Positions 62,032-64,000 of a DNA stretch of 64,000 nt are shown in pieces. The stretch covers positions 23,857 to 87,856 of the forward strand of contig CAVULR010000003.1 of assembly GCA_963742425.1 (NCBI GenBank). The letters are read 5' to 3'. Position 1 is the stretch's first letter. The number at the start of each line of letters is the position of its first letter. This DNA is from an uncultured Alphaproteobacteria bacterium. GTDB taxonomy: Bacteria; Pseudomonadota; Alphaproteobacteria; Rhizobiales; Xanthobacteraceae. Below the pieces are notes generated by a model, which ran no database searches, was not told the DNA's origin, and saw nothing but the letters and a program-made list of their open reading frames with translations. Both the position numbers and the translations under genes were made by a program.

Positions 62032-64000
62032 ATGCTGACGGCGCAGCGGCAATCGGTGAGGTTATTGCAGACCGTGCTGGCGGCCGCGATCGCGCTTCCA
62101 CTGTTGCTTTTTTGCTTTGCGGCCTGGCAGGCCTACAAGGTCAACCAGAGGGTTGCGGAGGACCAGATCGAAAGTTCCCGCGACGTCCTGAACGAGCACG
62201 CCCTGAAAGTGTTCGAAGCAGTTCAGCGCAGCATCGCCGAAATCAATGAAATCATCCGCGACATGTCGGATGACGAAATTTCCGCCAATGAGCGAAAACT
62301 GCACGACCGGCTGGAGCGCATGGTCGGTAGTTCACCGGAGGTGAAATCCTTCTGGATTTTCGATCGCAACGGCCACGCGCTCGTCAACAGCCTCAGCGAG
62401 ACCGCGCCTGCGGTAGACTTTTCTGACCGCGATTACTTCAGGGCCCATGTCGATCATGACATCGGAACCTTCCTCGGCGAGGTGCTGCGGCCCAGGCCGC
62501 CTTACGGCGGAGCCGCATTCTTCGGCGTCAGCCACCGCAGGATCGCCGCCGACGGAAGTTTTGCCGGCGTCATTCAAGCATCGGTGTTGCCGGAATATTT
62601 CGAAGGATTTTATGCCAAGATCGGCAAGGCGCCCGGGAGTTATTTTTCGCTGATCCGCGACGATGGACTTATTCTTGCGCGACATCCCCCGCTGAACCAG
62701 GAAACCCGCCTGCCGCCGCAGGGCGATCTGCTGAAGGCGTTCCACGCTCACCCTACCGAGGGCGTGCTGACGTTGACGTCGCTGATCGATGGCGTCAGGC
62801 GCCGCGTCAGTTATCTCAAGCTTCCCGAACTTCCCGTATACGTCGTTTCCGGGCTCGAGACGGCGGCAATCCGGGATGAGTGGATTTCACAGATGAGCAA
62901 GCACCTCATCTTCGGAATCCCTGCGACCGGCACCCTCATCATTGTGGTCGCCCTTGCTCTTCGCCGTACCACGCGCCTCTACGAAGAGGCCAAGCGCCGT
63001 CAGGTTGCCGAGGCGGCGCTCAAGCAAGCGCAGCGGCTGGAAGCGCTGGGCCAACTGACCGGCGGCGTGGCCCATGATTTCAACAACCTCCTGATGGTCG
63101 TTGGCGGATCCGCTCGAAGACTCAGACGCGCCAACAGGAATTCCAAGGAACAGCAGGCGCTGCAGATGATAGAGGCTGCAGTTCAGAAAGGCGAAGGCCT
63201 CACTCGCAAGCTGCTGGCATTCTCACGTCGACAGAGCTTGTCGCCCGAGGTCATCGATCTGCCGGAATGCGTTCGAAGCCTTCGCGGAGTTCTCGAACAA
63301 TCGGTTCGCGGCGACATCGAGATTTCGATCGAAGCGCCCGCAAAAAAAGCCATCTCGGTCAAGGTCGATCCGGACGAACTTGAAATTGCGCTTTTGAATT
63401 TGTCGTTGAACGCCCGCGACGCCATGCCCGAAGGCGGGCAGATCAAGATCACGATCGGGACCACATGGGTTTTAGCGGAAGATGGCCCCAGCGAATGTGC
63501 CGTCATCGAGTTCTCCGATACCGGCAGCGGCATACCCGAATCGATCCGGGAGCGGATCTTCGAGCCGTTCTTCACCACCAAGGCCGTCGACAAGGGTACC
63601 GGACTCGGACTGAGCCAGGTTTATGGCTTCGTCCAACAATCGAACGGCACGATAACGGTTTCGAGCCAGGTTGGTGCCGGGGCGACGTTTCGCATCGTGC
63701 TTCCGACCTGTGCCGAAGCTCCGAGGCCCAAGCCGGCAGTATCAACTGAAGACCGCTCAGATGTGGTTGGCGGCACCACCGCACTGCTGGTCGAGGACCA
63801 TGCGGACGTATCGCTGGTTGCCGCGGACTACCTCGAGCAGTCCGGCTGCAAGGTGGTTCATGCAAATTCCGCCGAAGCTGCGATCGAGGCTTTGAACAGC
63901 AGGACGGATATCGGTCTGGTGTTGTCCGATATCGTGATGCCCGGCATGAGCGGATTGGAATTTGGCCGCCTTGTCCGGGAATTTTATCCGGAAATTCCGG
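62032..64000 (+). CDS. Hybrid sensor histidine kinase/response regulator with Cache-like periplasmic domain, 3'-truncated
   Basis: [56 protein letters not shown]; frame open to the window end. Confidence 0.92.
   Translation, partial: MLTAQRQSVRLLQTVLAAAIALPLLLFCFAAWQAYKVNQRVAEDQIESSRDVLNEHALKVFEAVQRSIAEINEIIRDMSDDEISANERKLHDRLERMVGSSPEVKSFWIFDRNGHALVNSLSETAPAVDFSDRDYFRAHVDHDIGTFLGEVLRPRPPYGGAAFFGVSHRRIAADGSFAGVIQASVLPEYFEGFYAKIGKAPGSYFSLIRDDGLILARHPPLNQETRLPPQGDLLKAFHAHPTEGVLTLTSLIDGVRRRVSYLKLPELPVYVVSGLETAAIRDEWISQMSKHLIFGIPATGTLIIVVALALRRTTRLYEEAKRRQVAEAALKQAQRLEALGQLTGGVAHDFNNLLMVVGGSARRLRRANRNSKEQQALQMIEAAVQKGEGLTRKLLAFSRRQSLSPEVIDLPECVRSLRGVLEQSVRGDIEISIEAPAKKAISVKVDPDELEIALLNLSLNARDAMPEGGQIKITIGTTWVLAEDGPSECAVIEFSDTGSGIPESIRERIFEPFFTTKAVDKGTGLGLSQVYGFVQQSNGTITVSSQVGAGATFRIVLPTCAEAPRPKPAVSTEDRSDVVGGTTALLVEDHADVSLVAADYLEQSGCKVVHANSAEAAIEALNSRTDIGLVLSDIVMPGMSGLEFGRLVREFYPEIP

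Overview
This is a GC-rich alphaproteobacterial chromosome segment whose gene order and repeats resemble Bradyrhizobium/Nitrobacteraceae. The housekeeping backbone runs tipF-like EAL, HAD, cheY-like, ribF, ileS, lspA, an M16 peptidase pair, arfB, mutL and rsmD, then yqeY, carA, dps, carB, greA, 3x doxX, lrp, trxB and lsrB/vtlR with an AbcR-like sRNA. Accessory genes are interspersed: a ROSE-controlled small heat-shock gene, a class III cyclase-TPR, an amidohydrolase, an SDR, a 2-hydroxyacyl-CoA lyase/CoA-transferase/flavoprotein operon and a TAXI protein. From about 52.7 to 61.9 kb lies a general-stress island of microproteins with many EcfG-type promoters. Several palindromic REP families are scattered throughout; no integrase, transposase or CRISPR array was seen. 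The most striking unexplained signal is a leaderless 25-codon Lys-Lys leader peptide with mutually exclusive terminator/antiterminator folds upstream of a dapA paralog, a candidate ribosome-mediated lysine attenuator. An Ile-codon leader before ileS has a similar design. Other oddities are a tRNA-Cys-like RNA with remodelled D and anticodon loops, a GANTC-rich repeat array upstream of an orphan parA, and palindromic repeats translated inside proteins. Several single-base insertions suggest residual sequencing errors, so single-nucleotide claims need read-level confirmation.
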